Source of the DNA: Felis catus
Lineage: Eukaryota
Assembly (NCBI RefSeq): GCF_018350175.1
Contig: NC_058383.1
Coordinates: forward strand, 20,028,001 to 20,092,000
Reading direction: 5' to 3'
Length of the DNA stretch: 64,000 nt
Positions 12,515 through 24,431 of the stretch are shown here, piece after piece (position 1 is the stretch's first letter; each line of letters begins with the position of its first letter). Below the pieces are notes generated by a model that was not told where the DNA came from, searched no databases, and was given only the letters and a program-made list of their open reading frames with translations. The translations under genes were made by a program, and so were the position numbers.

Positions 12515-13371
12515 GAATCCAAGATCCTTAAGATGTGTGTGGTTGTTACAGTAGGATCATCATGCGACTCACAGGAAAAGGCCAGTGGATAAAGATAGCG
12601 GATGAGGCTCCTTTCATGTAGGCCAGGTCAAGATTTTCTATGCATGGGTGGATGACCAGAGTGGGAGGCAGCATTGCTGTGAGGTGGAGAACTTCCTGGA
12701 CCCAAGTCTCCACCTTGTGTTCCCACGAAGGCACCCCGCTGCTCAAACATCCTTAAGAAGATCCCTTTTGCAGTTTTGCATTGTGTTTATTCCCTCCCAA
12801 GTCAAGTGGAGAGGCTGGTTATGTGTGTATCTGCTCACCAGGTGCCAGCAATGGCTAATAATCCCAATGCATTCTTGGGTTCTTCCGTCAGCTTCCCCCA
12901 AGGATGGCTGGATCCCAAGTCAGTTTCCCAGCTGTCACCCCTTCCCTCTGTCTCCGCAGGCCCGGGATTAATGCCCCGCTCAAAGTCTGCATGTGAAGCC
13001 CGGCTTCTGCCTCTCCCTCCAGCCTCTTTTTCTGCCATCCCCTACCTCACACCATACACTCAGCCACACTGAAGTCCCTGTAGGTACATGAATGTGTGCT
13101 GATCTCCTTTGTCTCATTGCATTTACCTGTACAGTTCCTCGTGTCTGTATCCCGGGTACTTCTGTCTCATCCTTCAAGATTCACCCGGCATATATCCCAA
13201 TTAATGACATGAATTTAAATATGACAGATGATGCTGAGTTGCTGAAGTAGTTTTCCGTTGGCAAGGTGCATATGGCATTGACAGTTTTGGGCAAGGATCC
13301 TTTGAGTGTGTTATGTCAGTTTTATGATGGGAAATCTTTTTCAATTCTAACCACAGCCAAATTTTCTTATC

Positions 13372-13530
13372 TGCAGCATGAGAGTTAAGACTATGGGCTT
13401 TGGAAGCCAAAATGTATGGGTTGAAATCACATCTCCACCATTTGCTAGCCGTGAGCCCGGGCAAGTTATTAATATCTCTGTGTCCCGGCTTTGTTATTAT
13501 GATTCAATGAGCTGATGGGAGCAAACCGGT
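13372..13530 (+). mobile_element. MIR
   Basis: gttaagactatgggctttggaagcca...gggttgaaatc...gggcaagttattaatatctctgtg MIR core. Confidence 0.8.
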
Positions 13531-13949
13531 AGAGTGTTTGAAGCCTTCATTGTTATTATGCATGAGAGGAGATGTCACTTGGCACAAAATGTTGTAAATT
13601 AAGTCAGTCTCCACACATTAGCCAGAACCAGTTAAGGAAGTACAACCTGGAGCCATGTTGATCCTTATACAAGCATAAACCCAGGCATTAAAAATTTATG
13701 ACAGTACCTCTAGGTAAGATGATCTCTCAGGGGATCTTATGTCTCATCTTCACTAGACAGAACTACTGTTAGTTGAACGTGGGTAGATTTGGAGCGTCGA
13801 AAATTGGAGGAAGTTGGAGTTGATTGAATCTCTCTAAGAATAAGAGCCCACAGGCAGGTCTGCATTTTACAGGATGAAGTGACTCTTTACTTAAGAGTTA
13901 TTTAAGTTAGTTGTTTATTAATGACTATCAATTCATCTTTACCCATAAC

Positions 13950-14066
13950 CAGACTGGGAAGTTCACTGAAGGTAAGAATTGTGTCTCTTCCTTTCTGTTT
14001 TCCTACTGTTTAGTAGAAAGTCTGGCAGATCTTTGGCCTCGTGAGATATTTGTGGAATGAATGATT
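13950..14066 (+). mobile_element. L2 3' end
   Basis: agactgggaagttcactgaagg...ctggcaga...atatttgtggaatgaatga canonical L2 tail. Confidence 0.7.
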
Positions 14067-14734
14067 GAATGGATGGATGGATGGATGGATGGATGGAAGG
14101 ATGGATGGATGGAAGGATGGATGGATGGATGGATGGATGGAAGGAAGGATGGATGGATGAAGGATGGAAGGATGGATGGATGGGTAGAAGGATCGATGAT
14201 GAATGGAAGGATGGATGGATGGAAGGGTGGATGATGGATGGAAGGATGGATGGATGGAAGGATGGATGGATGGATGGATGGAAGGATGGATGGATGAAGG
14301 ATGGAAGGATGGATGGATGGGTGGAAGGATCGATGATGAATGGAAGGATGGATGGATGGAAGGATGGATGGATGGAAGGGTGGATGATGGATGGATGGAT
14401 GGATGGATGGATGGAAGGTTGGATGATGAATGGATGGATGGATGGATGGATGGAAGAAAGAAAAGATGGATGGAAGGATGGAAGGATGGAAAGATGGATG
14501 GATGGATGGATGGATGGATGGATGGATGGAAGGATGGATGGAAGGGTGGATGGGTGGATGGAAGGATGGATGAATGGATGGATGGGTGGATGATGGATGG
14601 ATGGAAGGATGGATGGATGGAAGGATGGAAGGATGGATGATGAATGGATGTATGGATGGATGGATGGAAGAAAGAAAGGATGGATGGAAGGATGGAAAGA
14701 TGGATGGATGGACGAATGGATGGGTGGATGGATG
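14066..14734. repeat. Complex (GGAT)n/(GGAA)n tetranucleotide array, ~670 bp
   Basis: Directly visible; source of the MDGW/HPSI ORFs. Confidence 0.98.
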
Positions 14735-15804
14735 TCAGATGAGCTCCTGGCAAAAGCATTCAGAGCTTCAACTTTTAGTCAAGGCAAATTAATTCCAAAC
14801 ACTGTACCTACAGGTGTAGCAAGAATGCCCTTTCTGAAATGTCGTTACCGTTTTGACCTCATCACCATAGTGGAATTTACTACTTTCTCACGGTAAAATA
14901 CTGTCATTATTTATTTTCACTGTCATTGTCTTGTTTATTTGTGTGTTTATGGGCTATTATCTATCCACTCCACTAGAATGAAAAATCCCCAGGGTCAGAG
15001 ATCTTGTTCACAAGTGTGTTTAGCTCAGGGCCTACCAAGTTTTTGAGACGAGATACATGTTTGTTGAATGAGTAAATGGCCTTCCTCTGCGAGTGGGCAG
15101 CCTGTAGAGGGCCATGAACACTGAGCTGACTGAGAAAACAAAGCACTGGGGAAAAAGGAGTGTTTAGCACCAACAGCCTGACCGGGGCTGGGTCAGAGGA
15201 GAGGACAAGAAAAAGAAAGCCTCTTGCAAAAGAAAGCCTCTACAGATCTGCGTGGGGGTGTTCCTTGTCTGAAAGTTTTGGAGAAGGAGACAGCTGGTGA
15301 GCCCACTGAAAAAGCCTAGGGTGTGGGTTGGCCCCAGCAGGGGCTGATGACGTTTGCGGCGTTGATAAAAGAAGGCAAATGGTAGCAATGACAATGAGCA
15401 GTTAGTGAGCGCTTACTGGGTCTGGCCGCTATTCTAAGTGCCTGATTGTATCGACCCCCACTTCTTTGTATGACCTTCAGAGGTGCATGCCATCATGAAC
15501 CCCATTTTACAGATAGGAAAATAGGCACGTAAACACAAACTGACTGATCTAAGTTCACAGAGACGGAAAAGAGCGGGCTCGGTCTCCAGTCCCTGTGCTT
15601 GTGGCCCCTTGGTTCTCCAACAAATGCCGCATCCCCCTGCCTCCTCCATAGGGGACCAGCACTCTCCCCCGCCCCACTTCTGGACTTTTCTACTTCTTCC
15701 CTTTGTCCTCATGCTCCAGCCACCTGAGCCTCCTTTTCGTGTTCTGAACTCACCAAATTTGTTCTTGCTTAAGGCTTTGGAAATCACTATCACATCGGGC
15801 TTCA

Positions 15805-16355
15805 AAATGTGTTAAGTTTGAACTGACGATATTTTCATCATTAAGAGATTTCACAGAGAAATCCGAATACCCAGGTTAACCCATATAAAAAAAGAAAAAT
15901 CACAAGATGTGGCAACATAGACCCTGCATTCCCACGCGGCAAAAGTTGAGTGATGCTGAGCCCTAGTCGGGCTGCCCTGATCCAGCCCCTGCCATAGGCC
16001 ACTTACATTTTTTCTTTTTAACATCTATTTATTTTTGAGAGACACAATGTGAGTGGGGAGGGGCAGAGAGAAGGAGACACAGAACCTGAAGCCGGCTCCA
16101 GGCTCTGGGCTGTCAGCAGAGAGCCCAACACGAGGCTCGAACTCCGGGGCTCGAACTCGTGAACCGTGAGATCATGACCTGAGCTGAAGTCAGACGCTTA
16201 ACCAACTGAGCCACCCAGGCGCCCCAGCTGTCAGAGGAAACAAACCCCTTTCACTTAGCTACAGTCCCCACCCCTCCCTACTGCACCACACCCAGGATCC
16301 TTTGCTAGTTTATGTTACTTGCCTGACCTCTGTAGGCATTTGATACTGTGAGTCC
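15805..16355. mobile_element. MER102-like hAT element interrupted by a SINE
   Basis: ggcaaca...ctgcattcccacgcggcaa and terminus tgcctgacctctgtaggcatttga; family from memory. Confidence 0.45.
16008..16225 (-). mobile_element. Can-SINE with duplicated B-box segment
   Basis: Antisense SINEC ending ccacccaggcgcccc; 14 bp tandem duplication at 16131-16158. Confidence 0.95.
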
Positions 16356-16496
16356 TACTCTGCAGCTGGCTCATCTACTGGGGCCAGAGTGACCTGAGGA
16401 CGTGGCATGAAGACACAGCCTTCCCAAAGCTACTGGTTTTAAATAAGGCCCCTGGGGCGTTTTTTTTTTTTTTTTTTAAATGTCCTTTAGGGGCTC

Positions 16497-16612
16497 AGCA
16501 CAAATTACCTTAGGATCTTGTTACAATTCAGATTCTGATTCAGCAGGTCTGGAAGAAGACCCGAGATTCCACATGTCTAACGATCTCCCGGGTGATGTCA
16601 ATGCTGCTGGAG
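16497..16612. mobile_element. MER5-like hAT-Charlie fragment
   Basis: cttgttacaattcagattctgattcagcaggtctgg...ccgagatt...tctaac...ctcccgggtgatg...atgctgctgg. Confidence 0.7.
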
Positions 16613-17503
16613 ATCCCGTCTTTTATTGTGAAACATATTTCAACAAATAATTGCAATTGCAGACACGCGGAAGTCTCGAACTGAATGCTGCTGCAAGCAC
16701 CTTCGAGATCACTTGGTGCAACAGAGAAGGGCCCAGAGGCCCACAGAGGGGACGTGATGTGCTCAGGGCCACACAGAAAGTCAGGGGCAGAGGCAGCTGC
16801 TTTGATTCTCTTCCCTGCGAATCTCTGTACGGCAGCCCACAAAGTGCAAGATCGGAGAGAAAGCTGTAAGCAGCAAAATCTGTCCCCACAGTGGGTACAA
16901 AGCCCCTAGGACACCTTCATTAATATTGCTCGGCAATTCCTGTGTGCCCGCCCCCTTAGTCATCAGGAGCGGTGCAATTATCTCCGCGTTGGGACTGGGG
17001 GCAAACTGTCCACGTAGGCTCGTTAAGAAGTTATGTTTAAAAGCTGGACGAGAGCTTTAGGTCATTTATAATCTACTAAATATTTAAGTGTGTATGTCTT
17101 AAGGCATCTGAAAATTACAGGGATATTTCATGGTCTCATTCCGGGGCATATATCTGGTTGGTTAGACACGGTCCTGGCTGTGGGCGGATCTGTTTTGCTG
17201 GGGAAAGGCTGGGGATAAATAAAAGGCTGGAAAATGCAGTCGTTGAAATGCAGAGTGGTGGAAGGCAGTGTGGGGTGGGAGCAGACCTGACAGCCAGCAA
17301 AACCGAGGCCGTGGGAGGGTCAGATCTGAGGACGGCTGTGACGGAGACCGAGATGATGCGGGCAGGGGTTACAGGAGCGGCCAGGACAGATTTGAGGGTG
17401 TATGGGACAGAGGATCTAAAGCAGTCTGGTCAAGTGCCAGGGAAAATGGATTGGCCCCATGAGTGGTGGTCTTCTTTTTCCTTGCTTTAAAAAAGAACAT
17501 TGA

Positions 17504-17721
17504 GGGGCGCCTGGGTGGCTCAGTCAGTTGGGTGTCCGGCTTCGGTTCAGGTCACGATCTCATGGTTCGTGAGTTCGAGCCCCGCTTCGGGCTCTGTGCT
17601 GACAGCTCAGAGCCTGGAGCCTGCTTCGGATTCTGTGTCTCCCTCTCTCTCTGCCCCTCCCCTGCTTGCACACACACTCTCTCTCAAAAATAAATAAAAC
17701 ATTAAAAATTAAATTTTTTTT
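17504..17721 (+). mobile_element. Can-SINE
   Basis: Full head, body and tail; degenerate TSD aaagaacattga / aaagaatatgga. Confidence 0.96.
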
Positions 17722-17899
17722 AAAGAATATGGATTTACGTAATACCCATATGGTTAAAAGAAAATAACAAAACAACCCAGACAATAAAAGAGGTAATATG
17801 GTGAAAATAATTCTCCCCCCCACAACCTCTGTCTAACCTTCAGTCTCCGAGTCTGCCGGTCCCCCATTTCCAGAGGCAACAGCCACGTCTGGTTTTTTA

Positions 17900-19914
17900 C
17901 GTACCTCTCGAGATACATTACACATGCACATTTATTTTTACACCGATGGGAAGATATTACAAACTCTGTGCTACCCCCCCTTTTTTCTGTGTATCGATAT
18001 ATCCTATATCTTGAATATCATTTCCTATCAGTACAGAGTGATCTCCCTTATTATTTGAACAGCTGCATTGTATTCTATTAAAACGGAGCCCTGTAATTTA
18101 TTTAACCTGCCCTTTATGGATGGATGGCTACGTTGTTTCCAGTCTTTTGCTACCACAGACAATTTTGCAAAGAATATCTCTGTCTCCGCCTCACGCATGA
18201 CTGTATCTGTAGGCTGACTCTTAGAAGTGAAATGACTGGGTCAAGTGTGTGTCTGTATTGCTCATTTTGATAGGTATGGTCAAAATTGCCCTTCAGAGAG
18301 ATTGCATCACATTTATACTCTCACCAGGAATGTACGCTCGAGCCTTTTCTCGCACCCCCGCCAACCATCTATTGAGGCGTAATTCACAAACAGTGATGGG
18401 CACAGACCTTAACGGTACAGTTCAGCGGGTTTTGACAGATGCGTAAACCCACGGCACCTACACCGCAATCAAGACTGAGAATCATTCTAGCACATTCTAT
18501 CACTTCTCTCCCTTCTGGAGGCTTTCTCACGCCCCTTTCCTGTCACTTTTGGCACCTGCTCCGAGAAGCTCTGCTCTGATTTTTATCACCGTAGATTTTG
18601 TTCTTAAACTGCGTTTACAAGGAATTAATATTATGTGTACTCTCCTGTGTCCGACTTCTTTTGACCGACATAAGGCGTGTGAGATTCATACAGGCTATTA
18701 TTGGTGTCCAGCCATCTTCATGGCTGAGTAGTATTCCATTGGTGACCATATCTGGATTTGTTGATCCCGGTCTCCTCTTGAGGGCCATTTGGGTTGTTTT
18801 CCAGTTTGGGCTGTTATAAGTAAAGCTGTCAATAACATTCTGGAACAACTCTTTGTGTTTATACGTGGTTTCATTTCTCTTGGACGCACGTCCAGGAGTA
18901 GAATTGCCACACCATAGGGAAAGTGTGTAGTTAGCTACAATAAGAGACTATAGAGCTGTTTTCCAAAGGGCTGTACCATTTACACTCCCACCAGCAACGC
19001 ATGAGACTTCTGGTGCCTCCACCTGCTCCCTGATATTCGGGGTTGTCAGTCAGGGAGCATTTTGATCATTCTATTAGGTGTAGAGCTTTATGTCACTATT
19101 TTTCATGAGTGTTTAATGTGTTTCAATGAGTTCAAATGTGGGTTTCAATGAGTTTCCAATGAAACACCTTTTCATACATCTTCTTTTGTAAAATGTCTCT
19201 CCAAGTCTTGACAACTTTTATTGGGTTGTCCGTGTTCTATTATTGACTTGTAGGAGTTCTTTACATATTATGGATACTATTCTTTTGTCAGATATATATT
19301 TTCTTCCAGTCTGTGGCTTGCCTGTTTTTTAATGTTGTAACTTGATGAGCAAAATTCTAAAATGCCGATGAGTTCCAATTTATTTTCTTTTATGGTTAAA
19401 AGTTTTCCTTTCCTAAAAACTCATTGTCAGAGTTATGGAGTAATTCTCACATGTGTTGTTTTTTTTTATAGTTTTAGCTTTTAAGTTTAGTCTATGATCC
19501 ATCTTGAATTCATTTTTTGTATATGCTGTGAAGTAGAGATCAAGATTCATTTTTTCCCCTACATGTGTATTCAGTTGTTCCAATGCTATTAGTTAAAAAG
19601 CCTTTTCTTTCCCCCATTGAGCTGTTTAACCACTTCAGTGAAAAATCAGTCAGTCAGCCAATCAATGAATCAATCAATCAAACTGACTGTGAGTGTGGGG
19701 CTTTTTTTCTTTCCGGGTTTTCTTGTCTTTTCAGTGATCTTTATGCCAATGTCATACTCTCTTGATTATTGAAGTTTTATTACAAGTTCGAAATCAGGTT
19801 GTGGGAGTCCTCCAAATTTGTTCTTTTTCAAGGTTGTTTTGCCTATACTAGACCCCTCATTTATATACACATTTTCAAATCAGTTTGTTAATTTCTACAA
19901 TTTCTGAAAAATAG
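17900..19914 (-). mobile_element. Ancient L1 (L1M) fragments: 3' UTR and decayed ORF2 3' region
   Basis: Antisense L1 hallmarks gttgttttccagtttgggctgttataagtaaagctg, ttttccaaagggctgtaccatttacactcccaccagcaa, tctatgatccatcttgaatt. Confidence 0.85.
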
Positions 19915-20048
19915 CTTTTCTTTCTTTCTTCCTTTCTTTCTTTCCTTCTTTTTTCTTTCTTTCCTTCTTTCTTTCTTTCTTTTTTCTTTCTTTCTTTCCT
20001 TCTTTCTTTCTTTCTTTCTTTCTTTCTTTTTTTTTTTTCTTTCTTTTT

Positions 20049-20092
<44 letters not shown>

Positions 20093-20413
20093 TTTTTCTT
20101 TCTTTCTTTCTTTCCTTCTTTCTTTCTCTCTTTCTTTCTTTCTTTCTTTCCTTCTTTCTTTCTTTCTTTCTTTCTTTCCTTCTTTCTTTCTTTCTTTTTT
20201 TTCTTTCTTTCTTTCCTTCTTTCTTTCTTTTCTTTTTTTCTTTCTTTCTTTCTTTCCTTCTTTCTTTCTTTCTTTCTTTTTTTTTTCTTTCTTTCTTTCT
20301 TTCCTTCCTTCTTTCTTTCCTTCTTTCTTTCTTTCTTTCCTTCTTTTTTCTTTCTTTCTTTCCTTCTTTTTTCTTTCTTTCTTTTTTCTTTCTTTCTTTC
20401 TTTCCTTCTTTTT

Positions 20414-20449
<36 letters not shown>

Positions 20450-20508
20450 TCCTTCTTTCTTTCTCTCTTTCTTTCTTTCTTTCCTTCTTTTTTCTTTCTT
20501 TCTTTCCT

Positions 20509-20548
<40 letters not shown>

Positions 20549-20572
20549 TTCTTTCTTTCTTTCTTTCTTTTT

Positions 20573-20627
<55 letters not shown>

Positions 20628-20731
20628 CTCTTTCTTTCTTTCTTTCTTTCTTTCCTTCTTTCTTTCTTTCTTTCCTTCTTTCTTTCTTTCTTTTTTCTTT
20701 CTTTCTTTCCTTCTTTCTTTCTTTCTTTTTT

Positions 20732-20767
<36 letters not shown>

Positions 20768-20985
20768 TCCTTCCTTCCTTCTTTCTTTCCTTCTTTCTTT
20801 CTTTCTTTCCTTCTTTTTTCTTTCTTTCTTTCCTTCTTTTTTCTTTCTTTTTTTATTTCTTCCTTCCTTCCTTTCTTTCTTTCCTTCTTTTCTTTCTTTC
20901 CTTCTTTCTTTCTCTCTTTCTTTCTTTCTTTCTTTCCTTCCTTCTTTCTTTCCTTCCTTCTTTCTTTCCTTCTTTCTTTCTTTCT
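19915..20985. repeat. ~1.07 kb (CTTT)n/(CCTT)n polypyrimidine tract (expanded SINE tail)
   Basis: Only C/T on + except one A at 20855; abuts the SINE body at 20986. Confidence 0.98.
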
Positions 20986-21110
20986 GAGAGAGAGAAAACC
21001 CAAGCAGGCTCCATTCACAGCAAGGAGCCCAATGTGGAGCTCGATCACATGACCTGAGGTCATGACCTGAGCCAAAGAGTTGGATGCTCAACTGACGGAG
21101 CTCAACTGAC
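20986..21110 (-). mobile_element. Can-SINE body lacking the 5' head
   Basis: gagagaaaacccaagcaggctcc...catgacctgagcc...tggatgctcaactgac; head replaced by duplicated gctcaactgac (21086-21096, 21100-21110). Confidence 0.88.
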
Positions 21111-21192
21111 TCTTGTATCTTATTTTTAAAAATAAATTTAAGTAAACATTAGATGAAGTTCAGCATACTTTCACATATTTAAAATCCATTTA

Positions 21193-21414
21193 GGGGCGCC
21201 TGGGTGGCACAGTCGGTTAAGCGTCCGACTTCAGCCAGGTCACGATCTCGCGGTCCGTGAGTTCGAGCCCCGCGTCGGGCTCTGGGCTGATGGCTCAGAG
21301 CCTGGAGCCTGTTTCCGATTCTGTGTCTCCCTCTCTCTCTGCCCCTCCCCCGTTCATGCTCTGTCTCTCTCTGTCCCAAAAATAAATAAAAAACGTTGAA
21401 AAAAAATTTTTTTT
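21193..21414 (+). mobile_element. Young feline SINE (SINEC_Fc-type)
   Basis: CpG-intact body; TSD aatccatttag at 21183-21193 and 21415-21425. Confidence 0.98.
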
Positions 21415-22329
21415 AATCCATTTAGATTGGTTTTTTTCTGTGAACTGCCCCATGAGTTTATTCACATTTCTGCTGGACTCTTGAACAATTTTGCTTCCAT
21501 CAGACTCATCTATGCTCTATCTGTGTCTGTGTCTCTCACTCCCTCTGTTACCACGAGTGATCATCTGTAGTATATTAGCTTCCTGGAAAGCATTCGTCTG
21601 TACTGGAAAACAGTTTTTACGTCACATCAACCAATCGCTCCCCAGTGTTCCTCCCTTTGAGCTTACCATGGGTCAGGCACAGAGGTAAATGTTTTGCATA
21701 CTTTATTATTCAAGAGGCGGAATCTTGTAGTGATGCTTCAGGTTCTAATACAAGACCCCACCTTTTCCCGGGTGGGTCCCTGGAGCGAGTTCTTGAACTC
21801 CTTTTTCTTTCAGTCTTGCCATGGATAAACCGAAGCTGATAAAAATAGCAACCAAGCCATGGTGCTGTTATAAGACTTAAGTAAACAGATACCTGTGGGA
21901 CCCATTGCATTACTCTAAGTATGTAGTAAGTTTCACGTAAGTGCTTCCAGTAATATCTCCTTTAATTCTCTTAATAACCCTGTGACAAATGAATTAACCT
22001 TGTTTGGTGGCTGCACGCACAGAGGCGCAGTCCAGTTAAGCAATTTATTTCACTCTGCTGGCAAGTCGCTCCATCAGAGTTTGGATGCAGGCGTTTTATT
22101 CCAAAGATTTTACTTGGATCTCGTAAACGCTATTCCTTATGAAATATTACTATCTCCGTTACAGATTTGAGGAGACTGAGATACACAGAGGATTGAGTGA
22201 TCCAGGCAAGGTCCATGAGGGTCTTTAACCTTGCTCTTAATCGGGATTTCGCACCGTTCCTCCCAACATCCTAGCTTCTGCTTTGAACCTTGCCCTACGC
22301 CTCTCCCAACGCTGCCTTGCCTCCCCCTG

Positions 22330-22450
22330 GTTAAAGCCTGGCTCCTCGCTTTCCAGCTGTGTGACCTCCGACAAGTTACCTAACACTTTTGGGCTTCCGT
22401 TCCCCTCTGTAAAAAAAAAAAATGGCACAATTAAATGATTATAGATAATA
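22330..22450 (+). mobile_element. MIR
   Basis: cagctgtgtgacctccgacaagttacctaac...ttcccctctgtaaaa core. Confidence 0.75.
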
Positions 22451-24115
22451 AGGTGGGAAAAAACGAAGAGCACCCACGACTCCTGTCTGCCAGAGACCCT
22501 GAGGCTGTCCGGGGAGCAAGAAAGCCTCATCGTGGGTAAGGCTTCGGTTCGCCCCATTTGGACGTTGTTGGCATGGGGAAGCTGGTGGTGAGGTATCTTA
22601 CGTCCTTGGCTTGGGAGGAGGATGCTTGGCTCTCTCTGGCTGGTCCTGAGTTCGAAGCAGTGGCAAAAAAAAAAATAAAGAAGTCAGCTATTGCTAATCA
22701 AGTCCTGACTATTCGAGGCTGATTCGTAGAGAGGTTGTGAGTCTGCATTCTACGGTCCTATACGATCGGACCATTTCCTATCAGTCTCCCAATGATAAGT
22801 AACTCAGGCATCAGGAAAGATGAATTTTAAAAGCGTCGTGCTTCTCGAGCACGTACTCAGCAAGTGTGATTGAATCCGAGTCCGACTTGCCACCTGGGGA
22901 AGGAGTCCCATGCTCTCCTGGACAAAGGGACCTTCACCTTCAGATCTGATCATGTTCTGATCCCCGCTAGGGAGGACTCGCCACACCAGGCTCCCGTGAG
23001 ACCCACGGCATCCCAAGAAGATTGGGTCCCAGCAAAGCATTCCCTAACGTTGCAATTCTCAGTCCCAGCTGCATGTTAAAAATCACCTGGGGACTCCTAC
23101 AAAATACTGGTGCCTGATGCCGAGTCATTTGCTCTAGAGTAAGACTTGGGCATGTTTTTAAAGTTTTTGAGATTTTAATGTGAAGCTGGGATTGACAGCT
23201 ATTGGCTTAAAACATTAATTCTATATTGTCCCCCAACACTAATCTACTGCACCTTATTTCATGCCCAAGCCATCGCTACGCTCAGAGATAAGACAAGATC
23301 ATTCATTCATTCATTCATTCAACTATCAGGACACGGTGCCTGCAGGGTGTTCAGAGCTTTGCTGGGAGCAGTATGAGTGGTGAACTCTCCCTTTCGTACT
23401 GTATCCTGGGTAAGAATGTATAGGCTTTGGGGTCAGACAGCCATGCGTTCAGTATAAATCTACCTTTTCCCTCTTCCGTGATATTGGACAAATACTTCTG
23501 ACTCACCTGCTCCACGGACTTACAGAAGACTCAAATTTCCCAGAGCCTCCATTTTCTTGCCTATAAAATGGGGTCGCATTAATTGGGGTTTAGTCGAGAA
23601 AAGAGACATGCCCCTAGGTATTTCAAATGGAGAGGATTTAATACAGGGCATTGGTTACTCAGGTGTTAGGGACCTGAACACGCAAAAGGGGGAGGTCAAA
23701 GTATCCTAAATATTAGAAATGCAGGAAGCAGCAGCGATTCTGAGTGCTGGGGAACAAAAGGGAAGACGTAATGTCACAGAACGTGGGAGCTCATAGGAGG
23801 ATCCCTTAGAAGTGGGCACTTGGACCTCGAAGGGAAGTCCTGCACAGGTGGTCTCATGACCTGGGGGACGCCAGGTGGCTGGTCATTATGTCTCCGGGCG
23901 TACTGAGTGACCAATGCTGGGAGCACTCAGAGCCTCAGCTGTCCTCTGCTGTTGGAGGGACATCACAGAAACCAGACAAGAGCGAGCCCCTTCTCTCTTC
24001 CTGCCAGTCTCCCAGCGGTGCCCCCTTCTGGAAAAACCCAACAGAAATCCAGGCATCGAGGAATTCTGGGAAATGTGGCATGCAGACATCCAGCCCCATA
24101 ATCACAGAGCAGGGT

Positions 24116-24431
24116 AGAGGTCGGCAAAGTGGGGGTCACCGGCCAGATCCAGCCTGCTGCCTCTTTTTGCGGGGCCCGCGATTTAAGAAGGGTTTTTATG
24201 TATTTAAATGGTTGGAAAAAAAAATCAAAAGAAGAAGAAGATTTTGTGATATGTGAAAAGCAGATGAGATTGAAAGTTCAGTGTCTGCAAATTCCAGCCA
24301 CGTTCACCCGCTTATGGGTTGTTAGCGGTTGAACTCGCTTAAGCTTCAATAGCTGTGACAGAGACTCTAGGGGTCACCAGACCTCAAATATTTGCTATCC
24401 TGGCCCTTTACAGAAATGTGTGCCACCCACC
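24116..24431. mobile_element. MER58B-like hAT-Charlie DNA transposon
   Basis: ggtcggcaaa start, aaatggttggaaaaaaaaatcaaaagaagaa interior, ctggccctttacagaaa...tgccaccc end. Confidence 0.85.

Noticed and set aside
13873..13971. Possible 99 nt exon (ttttacag...aag|gtaaga)
   Set aside because: Short pyrimidine tract, donor lies within an L2 fragment, no coding signal
14010..14896. MDGW/HPSI repeat ORFs
   Set aside because: Translations of the (GGAT)n microsatellite
19888..21091. 395/398 aa Lys/Glu/Arg-rich ORFs
   Set aside because: Translation of the (GAAA)n SINE tail, which cannot contain stop codons
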